NCBI GenBank assembly: GCA_951406725.2
Contig: OX597828.1
Location: 72,788,001 to 72,852,000 of the forward strand
DNA: 64,000 nt
Source of the DNA: Octopus vulgaris
Taxonomy: Eukaryota
Direction: 5' to 3'
Made by a program: the position numbers and the translations under genes
Notes under the pieces: model-generated
What the model saw: only the letters and a program-made list of their open reading frames with translations
Database searches by the model: none
What the model was told of the DNA's origin: nothing
Part shown: positions 1 to 14,754 of the stretch, piece after piece
Numbering within the stretch: the first letter of the stretch is position 1
How the letters are laid out: the number at the start of each line of letters is the position of its first letter

Positions 1-394
1 GACACACACAACGCACAAACACACACCTACACACACGTATATATATATATATATGAATATATATATTTCTCACTTGGACGGTACATTTTGATAATAAATT
101 GCACTGTTTCGTAATCTGAGAATACTCAGGAAATCACAATTGAATTGTATAATATACAACTAGCCCGAAGCTGCCAAGTTTCAAATAGAAAAATACAACA
201 ATCATAATAGAGTGATATCATGTGCCTATTCGTATCACCATTATATATACGGAGTAGGCTATGCACATTAGAAGTGACACAAACGCATCTATTAGTGCTT
301 ACAATGTCAAAAGACGTCGCCGTACATTTTTATAACGTTTATTCATCATTACGTACATTTTCGTTTCAAATTTCTTTACAACGCCTACATTGTT

Positions 395-1195
395 GGAGAA
401 GGGATTAAGTCGAGTACATCTACCCCGGTGCTTAACTGGTCATTATTTTATCGACCCCGGAAAGATGAAAGGGAATGCCAATCTCAGCGGAATTTGAACT
501 CAGGACTTGAAGACTAGCGAAATGCTCAGCGTGCTAACGATTCTGCCAACTCACCGCCTTAATAATAATGGTTTTAAATGTTGACACAAAGAGTAGATCG
601 ACCCCAGTACGCAACTGGTACTGAATTTATCGACCCCGAAAGGATGCCAGGCTGAGTCGACCTCAGTGGAATGGAATTTGAACCCAGAACTTAAAGCAGA
701 CGAAATGCCGTTAATCATTTTGTCCGGCGTGTTAACTATTCCAGTTTCAAATCCGCTGAGATCAATTTTGCTTTTCATCTCTCCGTTGGAGTAAAAGTGA
801 AATACTATTCTTTTCTACTCTAGGCACAAAGCCAGAAATTTTTCGGGAGGGGTCCAGTCGATTAGATCAATCCCAGTACGCAACTGGTACTTAATTTATC
901 GACCCCGAAAGGATGAAAGGTAAAGTCGACCTCAGCGGAATTTCAACTCAAAACGTAAAGACAGACGAAATAACCCGGCGTGCTAATGTTTCTTATTCCT
1001 TTACTACCCACAAGGGGCTACACGCAGAGGGGACAAATAGGGACAGGCAAACGGATTAAGTCGAGTATATCGACCCAAGTGCGTAACTATTATTTATTTA
1101 ATCGACCCCGAAAGGATGAAAGGCAAAGTCGACCTCGGCGGAATTTGAACTCAGCATTTCGCCCGGCGTGCTAATGTTTCTGCCAGCTCACCGTC
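395..1195 (-). mobile_element. Cluster of tRNA-derived SINE family A copies
   Basis: Repeated reverse complement of GAGTTCAAATTCCGCCGAGGTCGACTTTGCCTTTCATCCTTTCGGGGTCGATAAATTAAGTACCAG (B-box plus conserved central domain). Confidence 0.85.
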
Positions 1196-1538
1196 CTCTC
1201 TTACGTACTGAAGGTTTACATAACTATGTTGATAGATTAAGTCTGTGGGTGTTGAAACGGATAATTCTTAAGATTTTAACCAAGAATTCCAGTCTTTCTA
1301 TATTTCTCTTTTTTTTTTATCGTATTTGTTATTTTTCGCTGTCTGTAAGTCTGAAAAGTCTCACGCAGCTAAAAGATAAATTATGTTCTAGAATGTCTTT
1401 CTTGCTTCACTTCCTGTTGCAGCAACACTTTTTTTTTTTTACAGAAACCGGTGTGTATTTGTAAATTTTGATACTCATGATATATAAGGTTTTCTGAAAT
1501 TCAATAACATCCAATTCAGTTCTTTGTCATTGTGCATC

Positions 1539-2460
<922 letters not shown>

Positions 2461-2844
2461 CGAATGCGTGTACGAAGCAGAGCATGAATGTCGTCTGTTC
2501 CACACGGCATGTAAGGTATACTTTTAATTAAGTCTGCAGTTTTAGACTGAAACTAACAAATAAAACGTATGTTCTTTATTATATTTCATTTCATCCTGAA
2601 TGAATAGGTACTAATGAAGATATTTATGGCTAATTATTTCACTAGCACTGTGAAATTGTGAGACGAAGCGATGACGGCAAAAAACCGAATGAGAAACAAA
2701 ATAGAAAATTTAAAATCACACGAAGGAAGGGCAGTAAAACGTTGAGAGGAAAAGGGAATGTGATTGTTAGAAAGGAGAAAGAATGCGATTGAGTGCGGAA
2801 TATGGAATGATAGAGAAAGAAATAGAGAAGAAGAGAGAGAATGT

Positions 2845-2900
<56 letters not shown>

Positions 2901-3319
2901 AAGAAAGGAAAATGGAGAAAAGGATGAATTGTGTTCGAGATTGAGAAAAAATGGCGTTTGTTGAGTAGAAAAGTAGAAAGGCGAGAGGCAAGTAGATCAA
3001 CACAATTAGTTTAGTGGGTTAGAGTGATGAATGGAGGATGATTGTAACATTATTTTACACTATGTAGGAAGTGAAGGAGATAGAATGAAATTGTATTGAA
3101 CTGTGAATGTGTGTGTGTGTGAGTGCTGTAGTTCGATATCAATAAATTTGACAGATGAAAAATAAGCCTTAAAAGAATTGAGTCTTGACAAAATGCCAGT
3201 GAATATAGAGAATTCATGAAATGCTTCAGTTTCTTTATTCCTTTTGTAAGTAGCTGTGTGGATATGAACAATCGTTTTCCAATCGCTTGGTTTCTGGTTC
3301 GATCCCAACTGCACGGCGA

Positions 3320-3530
3320 GACGTCGGACGAAATGCTTAGCGGTATTTCGGCTGCCGTTACGTTGTGAGTTCAAATTCCGCCGAGGTCGACTTTGCCTTT
3401 CATCCTTTCGAGGTCGATAAATTAAGTACCAGTTACGCACTGGGGTCGATGTAATCGGCTTAATCCGTTTGTCTGTCCTTGTTCGTCCTCTCTGTGTTTA
3501 GCCCCTTGTGGGTAGTAAAGAAATAGGTAT
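3320..3530 (+). mobile_element. SINE family A copy (alternative tail)
   Basis: Same core domain; the tail ends TAGCCCCTTGTGGGTAGTAAAGAAATAGGTAT. Confidence 0.85.
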
Positions 3531-3998
3531 ACTTGTTCCTAACATAACCCTAGGTTGATAAATTACTTGCAAGTGGACGTTAAAAGAGAGGCACTGTGCT
3601 CTTTGGTATTTCTTCTGACTCTCTTCGTCCTCAATTTAAATCCGGTCGAAGACAACATTGATTCTTATACCCCGTGAATCAATAAATATTACTCCAGTCA
3701 AATCCTCCTAATTTGATTACTATGAAACAATTATCTTAAAACACCTATAAACATAACAAGTAAACATTTACTGACGGAGTGATTCAATACCGAGTATTTA
3801 CTGAGGAAATAAAATTGATCGATTCATCACAATAAATTTAAACGAGGAATTCTTTCTCTGTCTCTGTCAATCTGTCCGTCACTCTGTTGGATACTAATAA
3901 CTTGCTGTTAGGACTGAATATACGTATACTTCAGTATAAAGCATTAGTTGGGTAGAGAGGGTAATATTAAATGAAATAATAAAGGAACAGGACATTTC

Positions 3999-4378
3999 GT
4001 AGTTCTAGACACAAGGCTCGAAATTTCGGGGGTGGGGTGGGGTGGAGGCGAGGCTAGTCGATTAGACCGACCCCAGTACGCAACTAGTACTTGATTTATC
4101 GATCCCGAAAGGATGAATGGCAAAGTCGACCTCGTCGTAATTTGGACTCAGAACGTAAAGACAAAAGAAATACCTATTTCTTTACTAGCCACAAGGAGCT
4201 AAACACAGAGAGGACAAACAAGGATAGAGAAACGGATTAAGTCAATTACATCGACCCCAGTGCGTAACTGGTACTTATTTAATCGATCCCGAAAGGATGA
4301 AAAGCAAAGTCGACCTAGGCGGAATTTGAACTCAGAACGTAGCGGCAGACGAAATACGGCTACGCATTTCGCCCTGCA
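3999..4378 (-). mobile_element. Dimeric SINE family A copy
   Basis: Two core domains in tandem, joined at GAAATACCTATTTCTTTACT. Confidence 0.8.
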
Positions 4379-5844
4379 TGATTTGCTTTATTAAATTTTG
4401 TACACACACACATGTATACATAAGTATATATCTGTTTATACGGGTACATATATATATATATATATGCATATACACACACATATACGTGGTTGAGTATGTG
4501 TGTGAGTGTGTGTGTGTGTGTGTGTGCGTGTGTGCGTACGTCTCATTTTCATTGTCTAATGAGCTCAAAAAGTCTATTATAAAATGTCTACCAAATTTCA
4601 TTCCCAAAACATTAGACAATATCACAATGAGAGAATATCCGTAACAAGTTTTGATAAAGTTTGATTGAAACCCTAAGACTTCGATCTACTTTAATAGGTG
4701 CAGCATAACGGGTAGAATGGCAATATTGCATCTCCATCTAATAAATTAACAATCATCAAATGAACCAATGAAGAAACCTTCGATCGAAGGCTTAGAAATA
4801 GCAGCTAATTCTCCACTCAATTAATACCCTCATGTCTCAAAAATCAAGAAAATAAGATAACATACACGTATATACACGTATAAGATAACATATATTCCCT
4901 GAATGAAAGTCACCACTTCTTCTGACTGAAATACTTTTAACCTCAAATCAGCTAAATCAGGGATGATCAGGGGCCTAAAGGACAAAAAAAAAAAACAAAA
5001 AAAAAACATAAGAAACAATGAAAGTAATTTAAATTAATGTACGATTGAGTTGGAGCTTAATAACTTTTATTTGAAAATTTCTATTTTCTTTTAATATATA
5101 TTTGTGGTGAACATTGAATGTATATACTTAAGGGACGTAAAAGTGAGCAACAAGTGTCTTATAAAATATATAAAATCCAGAATCAGATGGAACTGGTTGC
5201 TGGTTCAATGGCCAAGAAATAATTCAATGCGAAGTATCGCAATTTAAATAAATGCAATTACTATGAGAATAAGTTAAGGCTCGACATTTCGAGATATTGG
5301 CTCTTTGTCAAGAAAATGAAAAAAGATTGCTGTGCGCTGGTGAAGAAATACATCTGAATATATCTCCCTCGACAGCATATGTATCTCTCCTTTTGTCTTT
5401 CTTGATAAAGAACCTATGATCCGAAATATCTGGCTTTCCTTTTCTCAGGTAACTACATTCATTTAAATAATCTTATTGTCATATAAAAATATATGTAACA
5501 AAACAGTGAATCAGACAACATGTAACCTATGTATGCCTACACAAACCAAACCAAAATAGCATATTTTTTTGAAGAAGCGATATTAAAAAACTCCGCCAAA
5601 AATATATCCTTTGTCGTGCCATATAAACGTAACAAATAAAGTAGTACTTTTCTAAGTAAGTTTAAATGGATTCCATCTCGTGACAAAATAGCCAGCTCAG
5701 CTACTCGGGAAAAGCGAGAGTAGGTGTCGCTAAATGTGAAGAATTGACAATAGGCCTCCATTAACGTACAAGTCACTAAAAACGCCAAATAATGTATTTA
5801 TAATGTTTCTTGATTGACCACTTCATTTTCACCCGGTGTATATA

Positions 5845-5941
<97 letters not shown>

Positions 5942-6385
5942 TGTATACATATATATATGCATATATATGTATATATGTATGCATATATATACATATATAT
6001 ATGTATATATATATGTATGCATATATATACATATATATTCATATATATATGTGTGTGAGTGAATGTGTATATATCTATGTATATATGTGTGTGTATGTGT
6101 GCTTGTCTGTTCATATTTCCTACGTAACTATCCGTGTGCATCTCTATCTGTATACATTCATATCCAAATAGTAAGGCACCATGTTCAAGTCAAAGTCGCA
6201 GTCGTGTACAAAATAAAATTTCAGGTACATACCGAAGTAGAAACGGATTAATATTCCAGTTGCATATACGATCAGAAGCGGCCGATTTTATATACGAAGA
6301 GTCTTAACACTGTACCTAGAAACATACCACTGCACCAGTTGCACTGCACTTACTAAACTCCAGGTCCACGCTAATTGCATTTTGT

Positions 6386-6451
<66 letters not shown>

Positions 6452-6727
6452 GTCATATGTAAACAAACATAAGTTTGTTTTTGAAGCATTGAAATGTAGA
6501 ACAAGTTCAAAGATATATTTTTCAACGCGTAAATACTGACAGCTGCGTATATGGAATAAAATCCTTGAAACGCAGAAAAAGTTGTCGGCAACCAGCCATG
6601 AAGATCGAACTCATACCCCTCTAATATCAGTGTGCTCTACCTTTAAGCTAAACTGCCGACCGACAAATTCTTATTTTAAGTATCATAACTACAAAATTCT
6701 TGTATTGAAACCACGTGGTGATATCTT

Positions 6728-6767
6728 CCACTGAAGAGGTAAAATCTTACCGAAACACCGTGTATGG
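6728..6767 (+). ncRNA. Minimal type-I hammerhead ribozyme motif, intact core
   Basis: CCA-CTGAAGA-GGTAA(AATC)TTACC-GAAA-CAC(C)GTG-TA-TGG: stem I CCA/TGG, CUGANGA, 5-bp stem II closed by G-C, GAAA, short stem III, GUA cleavage triplet (cut after 6764). Confidence 0.75.
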
Positions 6768-6912
6768 TGGTAATCGTCTGACATTATTTGGAGCTCGGAT
6801 CGTTGTATTTTTACACACAAAGACATGAAGTCTGTAGAAAGTTTTCCTTCCAAACAAATTCCGGTAGCAACTGCAACTGGTGTACAAGAATGTATTTAAA
6901 GTAGACCACTTC

Positions 6913-6991
<79 letters not shown>

Positions 6992-8337
6992 ACACAATTA
7001 TATGTGTGTGTATATGTACACATACCACAGAATACGTAATGATATTTGAGGAATATTTTAAACAATGATTAGACGGGTAATAAATAATAAATCACAAATA
7101 AAATATTAATTAAATTTAAATTTTTCAATATTTAATCAGCCTTCCCAGTGCTCTCATTAGTAAATACTGATCATCAAGAAATGATCAATTAGAAATAATT
7201 TAATTATGCTGATTATCCTAATCCCCTGATAAACGACTTCACAGTTTTCAATATTGGTTATTTAACGTTATGGAAGTACAAGGCTTTGAAGAGTTTTGTC
7301 GGAATATAATTATAAAAGAATGCCGATGCATTGTGGGTTCTGACGGCGATATGTGAATTTGCTTAGGAGTATCGCTGACTCTATAGCCAACCATACTGTC
7401 AAGATACTTTATAAATGTTATAACTTTCAACAATAGGTGGGCGGAGCATTGTATAACTGACGAGTGTTGATTTTGGTTCTTTCTCTACATTTGCCGCTAC
7501 AACATTGTTGTTATTGTTGTTGTTGTTGGTGTTGTTTACCTCTAGTCTAACTTGGCTGAACATTCCATAGACCTTTCAGCCGTGACCACCCAAGTCATTT
7601 TAGGGTAGTTCAGGATTACATCAGCAAATGTGATCTTTCGTTTTCTTCTTTTTATGATAACAGCGTGTGATTTGTTAGCTTTGGCTTACATCCTCCTGAC
7701 GTCGATAAAATAACGAACCTGCTAAATCCTGGGGGCGATTTAATCAGCTAATGCCTTCCAACACTAAGTTTATGGCTGATATGAGAGACATTTATTTGAA
7801 AATTAGATAAGACAGTGGACTAGTTGAATTGGTAAAATTACAGATAACATTTCTGCCAGAATTTATCGGCTGTTCTGAGTTCAAAACCTGCTGATGTCAA
7901 ATTTTTATTTATTCTTTTAAAATAAAGCACCACACAATTACTGCGGTTTGTCTTAATCAACTAAACACCTCATACACAATTTGTGGTGTTTTATGTTAAA
8001 AATTGTTGTTACAAAACTAGATAAAATAATGATTTTTTTCAATATAGGCACAACATAAGAAATTTTGAGGGGAAGGGCTTGATTGATATCATCGACCTCA
8101 GTACATGACTGGTACTTTATCGTATTAACCACCGAGAGATAAAAGGTAAAATTGACCTCGGCAGGATTTCCAATCACGGGTCTGACCAAATACTGTGAAG
8201 CCATTTTTTCCGATACTCTTCAGATTCTGATAATGAAAGAAATATTATTTGTATTATTTGTTTGTGTGTTTTATCGCCAGTTTAATTACGGTTTATTATT
8301 ATTATTTAATTACAGTTTATTTTGTTTTCTTTCATAG

Positions 8338-8948
8338 GGTCGCAAGAATCAGTGGTATGAATCTTTTTGGAGGCATACACGAGCACCACCTGGTGGCGCA
8401 CCATGGCAAGAATGGATCACTCCCTTACAATAGAGATTCAAGAAAAAGAAGAAATGATTCAGTTATAGGAACTCTTCTGGAATTTTTCCCTCATTCGGAA
8501 TTTCCATAGTGTTTTTGGTTTCGGGGTTTTGGGGTTTGTTGGCCACCTCTCATCTGACCCCTTCCTCAGTTTTCTTTTTTATCCCTTGCTTATTTTATAA
8601 TTCACGCCTCCTCTTTCTCCCCTTCTTTTCCTCCCCACCCCTGTTCCACTTCCTCCTCTTCCGCCTCAGCCTCCTCCTCCTTTTCCTCTTGCTCTTCTCC
8701 TTCTTCTTCTTCTTCTTCTTCTTCTTCTTCTTCTTCTTCTTCTTCTTCTTCTTCTTCTTCTTCTTCTTCTTCTTCCTCCTCCTCTTCTTCTGTTTGTTGT
8801 TTTCTTTTTCTGTACTATCATTATTAGATTATAAGTATTATTTTAATTCTATAACATCTTTACACCCACACTCAAACGCTCACCTACAAACACACACACG
8901 CACGTACGCACACACACACACATACATATACACACACAAACACACGCG

Positions 8949-9005
<57 letters not shown>

Positions 9006-9114
9006 CAGCCTTATTCTAATTAGTTTTTATAGTGCCTGGTGCCTCTTTATATTCAGTTTTTCTTTCTGATTGATGTGACCCCTTCGTAGGGGTCTGGTAT
9101 GTCTCAGCCAAGCA
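8338..9114 (+). other. Possible 5' UTR part of the first coding exon, with uORFs and (TTC)n/(CA)n/(TA)n tracts
   Basis: Strong acceptor-like TTTATTTTGTTTTCTTTCATAG|G at 8337/8338, followed by unique sequence. I saw no convincing closer acceptor before ATG 9115. No transcript evidence. Confidence 0.35.
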
Positions 9115-10251
9115 ATGCCCCGACGTTGTTTACAACAAAAATCAACATTGCCCTTTCAGTCGCTGTCTTCCCCAACAGGTTCCCCGAAGGTTTTGTCCCC
9201 TATAACCACCCTGCCTCCTCCCGGTTCTCCCCCGACCCCTTCTCCCCCAAATTCCCCCACCGCTACAGCTCTGCTTTCTGGCATACCCCTAGAGCCACGT
9301 CGAAAAGAACCTATAACGGCTGCTTCCACCATCGTTTCGAATATTAATCTCACACCACCCCCTCATTTGCCGCCGCCGGCAGCGGCGCAGGGTTCAAGTA
9401 CGGCTTCCGGTACCCCTCCCATGACACTGACGTCAATAACTTCGAAGACCACAACGACGACTACGAATGCGACCACTGCTGCAACGACGGGCGCTGCTGC
9501 CGTCGCTGCCGCCGCTGCAGTGGTGCTTCCAACGTCAGCAACGCCTCTTCCTTTATTGTCACTACCCCGCAATTCACACCCATCAATTAATACATCATTA
9601 TTCACCTCCAATAAAACCAACAACAGCAGCAGCAACAACAATAACTGTCCGTTTGCCGCAGCAAGTTCCTCCTTCGCCTCTGCTAACGCTTCTTCAGTTG
9701 CTAATGGTAGTAAAATCGCAGCCTTCATCCGAATGTCGCAACAATATCAAGACACATCGAAACCAAAATTAACGTCGACGAATTCATCCCGTACGATGGG
9801 TGGTAGGATATTTCAGCGGCGATCTGCTGTCACTCGATCTAATATGAATACCGGACGGCGTTATTCAACTCGAGATAATACGGAAGAGAAGGAAAAGGTA
9901 GCCAGAAGTATATTTGGTGACGTCCCGTTGACGGGCCTGGAGCGGCGTTTCTTGACGGCAGCGACGGACGGTAATTTAGCTGAGATAAAGCAATGCATCA
10001 TGGAAGGCGTAAATGTCAACTGCAGGGATTACCTGGGACGTACGGCACTGCAGTTGGCATTGCAAGGAGATCATTATGACGCAACTAAGTTTCTACTTGA
10101 TCACTGTACCTTGGATGTTATTGAAGAAGGTTTGTTGCACGCTATCAAGCTGGAGAATGTACGAATTTGTGACATGTTTCTTAACCATCCCGTTTATGCT
10201 GATGAAAGGAATCGGAGGAGATTAGAATTCCAGCATGGATTTTACGAACAG
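9115..10251 (+). CDS. TRPC-family (TRPC3/6/7-like) cation channel, first coding exon: long S/P/T/A-rich N-terminus plus ankyrin repeats
   Basis: The ORF from ATG 9115 has in-frame TGA codons upstream at 9067 and 9076. It encodes LTGLERRFLTAATDGNLAEI...NVNCRDYLGRTALQLAL...LLHAIK, typical TRPC ankyrin repeats. It ends at CAG|GTAAAT (donor 10252, phase 0). The true start could be a later ATG (9421, 9733 or 9796). Confidence 0.88.
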
Positions 10252-10344
10252 GTAAATATACACGAATTGATATATGTATATATATATTATTTATTTATTG
10301 ATATTCATGTTATATTCCATAAATGTGTTGACCCTTCATATATA

Positions 10345-10738
10345 TCTTTATATATAAAAGTGAGGTTGTGTGCTGTCTGTCTCCTACGATTTAGATTCCT
10401 AACTACTCCCACATTTTGCGGTGCAGTTTAACCAAAACCGGGTATCTTATAGTTGTGATTCATATCGAGCCCTTCTGGGTATTAGCGCGCGTCTACGATG
10501 AGTCTACGATTTAAAAAAAAAATTACCATCAATTTTTCCCATTTTTAATGCATTTTTGGCATATATAAGGAAGTAACTCTCTAAAAATTTGTTATTAAAT
10601 CTCAGAACGTAAAAAGCTACAGTAACACCCCCCCTTTGTGGTTTGCCATATTGAGATATCTATTATACTTTACATCTCTAAAAATGCTTATATAGTTATT
10701 TCCCTTACAAACCCGAGCAACGCCGGGCGATACTGCTC
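10345..10738 (+). mobile_element. Non-autonomous Helitron, second copy, altered 3' CTAG
   Basis: The 5' ~200 bp and 3' ~60 bp are highly similar to 17863-18377, with the same hairpin. The middle differs. Confidence 0.75.
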
Positions 10739-10849
10739 ATGTATATATAAATAATTTATTTATTGATATTCATGTTATATTTAATAAATGCATTACCCCT
10801 TCAAAACACACGAAAACTGTAGTTAACTTCAGTTAGACTTCCATATATA

Positions 10850-11095
10850 TATATAAAGGGTAAAGGCCCATCCTTCGGTCATGAATGACCATGGGATTGC
10901 ACCAAGAGGGTTCCCCTCCGAGGCACAAGGCCGGGCTAGGTTTTTTTTTGAAGACTTTTCCTGCAGCTTGGTAAAGTGGAGCAATGTGAAATGAAGTGTG
11001 TTGCTCAAGAACACAACAGACAACTCGTCTGAGAATCGAACTCACTACCTCATGATTGTGAGCCCGACGCTCTAACCAGTGAGCCATGCGCCTTC
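10850..11095 (-). mobile_element. tRNA-derived SINE copy
   Basis: Minus strand TGGCTCACTGGTTAGAGCG...GAGTTCGATTC...GTGTTCTTGAGCAACACACTTCATTTCAC. Related heads at 28395, 38800 and 61700. Confidence 0.7.
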
Positions 11096-11385
11096 ACACG
11101 CGCGCACACACACACACACACATGTTATACATATATACATATGCGTCTGTATGCATGAGTACTACTGCATGATATGTATATGTGTGTGTATGTGTGTATT
11201 CTCTTAAATTTTTAGTTATTTTTCATATTGTATTATAATATCATTTACAAAATACGAAAGAGATTTAAATGGCCGTAAATTTATGTTGTAAAACTACTAC
11301 AGTAACACAACAGCCCAACAACTAACAACAGAAATAAAACTCACATGACTATTGACGAAGAGTAAGTTGAGGAGGAGTGTGGTCC

Positions 11386-12915
<1,530 letters not shown>

Positions 12916-14754
12916 TATGTGTGTATGTGTAGAGGACATAAGCATTAGTAATTTGTTCCCCCCCCCCCCGTGTCGGCGTCCCATCCTTTCGGGTTGCTAA
13001 CCTTATATTTTGATTCAACATCGTTACTATTATCTTAACATCAGTCGACTTAGAGAAAAAGAAAGAAGAAGAAGAAGAAGAAGAAGAAAAATATAGAATC
13101 AGGTTTCTAGTATAAATAGCACCGATATCTGAATTACGATAATAAAACTACCAATTCTAGCTTGGAGATGATAATTTCCCGTTATTGTATTTACACAATG
13201 CCCCAAGACACCGAAATTAAACTTGTATTGAAACGGGCTCATCATGTCTTTATGATTACGAACGAAGAAAAAAAATGTTAGGGGTGGAATAAAGAAATGG
13301 AGTTACGCTCTTAATCCTACACAATCCATTACAATTTTTGTTTCACATATAATATTGATTTGGAAGTCAAGGAAAAGTATTGTGTGTCTATATTCTCAAT
13401 AGGCAGAGTTGTAGTAAATATTGATTAGCGACAGTTTGTATATCTTTGTATCTTTCTCTCCACGAATATCCTCCGTTTCTCTCCTTTATCTTGCCAATTG
13501 TTACTCAGATGTATTTGTCTGATAAGCAACTAAGCTAACAGAAAAATAAAGAAGAACAAAGATTTATTTTACTCTCTCCCTCTCTCTTGTTTTCAAAACT
13601 AAACAACAAAAAGCTCTATAATTGTCTCGCCTCTATATTCACTTACGTAATATGATTATAGGCTATTTTTAAATACCATCTCCGCTATGTATTTTATGGT
13701 GGTTTGTAGAAGATGGCTTCTAGGTAAATACTTCAACGACAAAAGTAAACTTTGAAATAGATTTCAGTAAATAATGTTTTGTTTTCCTTTCAGTTCGTGA
13801 CAATATATTTTTATTGCCATATATACATCAATATTATAAATTTCAATTGAAATATAGAAGTTATTAAAATCTTCGTCGTTAACGAATAGCAAAAAATGTT
13901 ATGACTGACAGCTTAAAAATAGTTTCTGGCGTCGCCTGAGTTCAGTTTGTTGTTGGCCTCAGTCCTGCTGATACTGATCGATAAATAACCATAAGAAACC
14001 GACGGACAACTGTTGTTCAGAAGCTAAATTTAAGTTACAGAAACCAGCCATACCTACTTCGATCTTATACGAGAGCATCGCATTCATTCGATTTTGTACA
14101 ATTGCTTCTTTGGAAGAATGTTGAGACACTCCCGCTAACAGGGTGCCAAAAAGTGTATCCAAATGCGTCTCTGGTTTTAAAGAGATGTAATTTAAGACTT
14201 TTGAAGATTCAAGTTCAACCTTGAGTGTTCCAAACACTCAGGTCATTTATAATATTATAATACACAACTAGGATTGACAAAACAATGTTAGGGAAGGACG
14301 TCTGAAGTTTGACATTTGAAGAAATAGGACCTGTTGAGCCCAGAAGACGAAAACTTACAACCCGACAAACTAATCACCTAGCCATTACACGGTTAATTGA
14401 CCTGGTAGAATTAGCAGTCAAATCTTTTTTAAATCATATACTCTACTGACTTAAAAATAAAATTCTATATTTTTTTGTAATATTTAAAACATAAAGTCGT
14501 CTTTGTTTTAATGCACTCCAGGAAGTGGACCACTAACTTTATTTATTCGATCCATATTGAGCCACGATGTCAAAGCGACTAAGAAGCAACGGGGAAATCA
14601 GTTGGTTAACGGGAAAGGGGAAACCATTGTGCTGAAGGCAGCCAAATCTGGTCACACACATATTTGCATTAAAATTCCTTTGTATTGGGCTCCTAATGCA
14701 GGAGTTTGTTGAACAACTTAATAGATAGCTTTTTATCCTGAGAGGCCAAGTGGG

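Noticed and set aside
980-1174. Recurrent short ORFs containing RPRKDERQSRPRRNLNS (also 3060, 16223, 27757)
   Set aside because: Antisense translation of the SINE family A core, not a gene family.
5435-5455. Recursive-splice-like TTTCCTTTTCTCAG|GTAACT; also 48310-48331
   Set aside because: Both lie inside repeat relics, the first is upstream of any supported exon, and the second has a poor donor.
10252-10431. C-terminal 59 aa of the 438-aa ORF
   Set aside because: This lies past a good GTAAAT donor, TRPC similarity continues at 61233, and the sequence is AT repeat plus Helitron.
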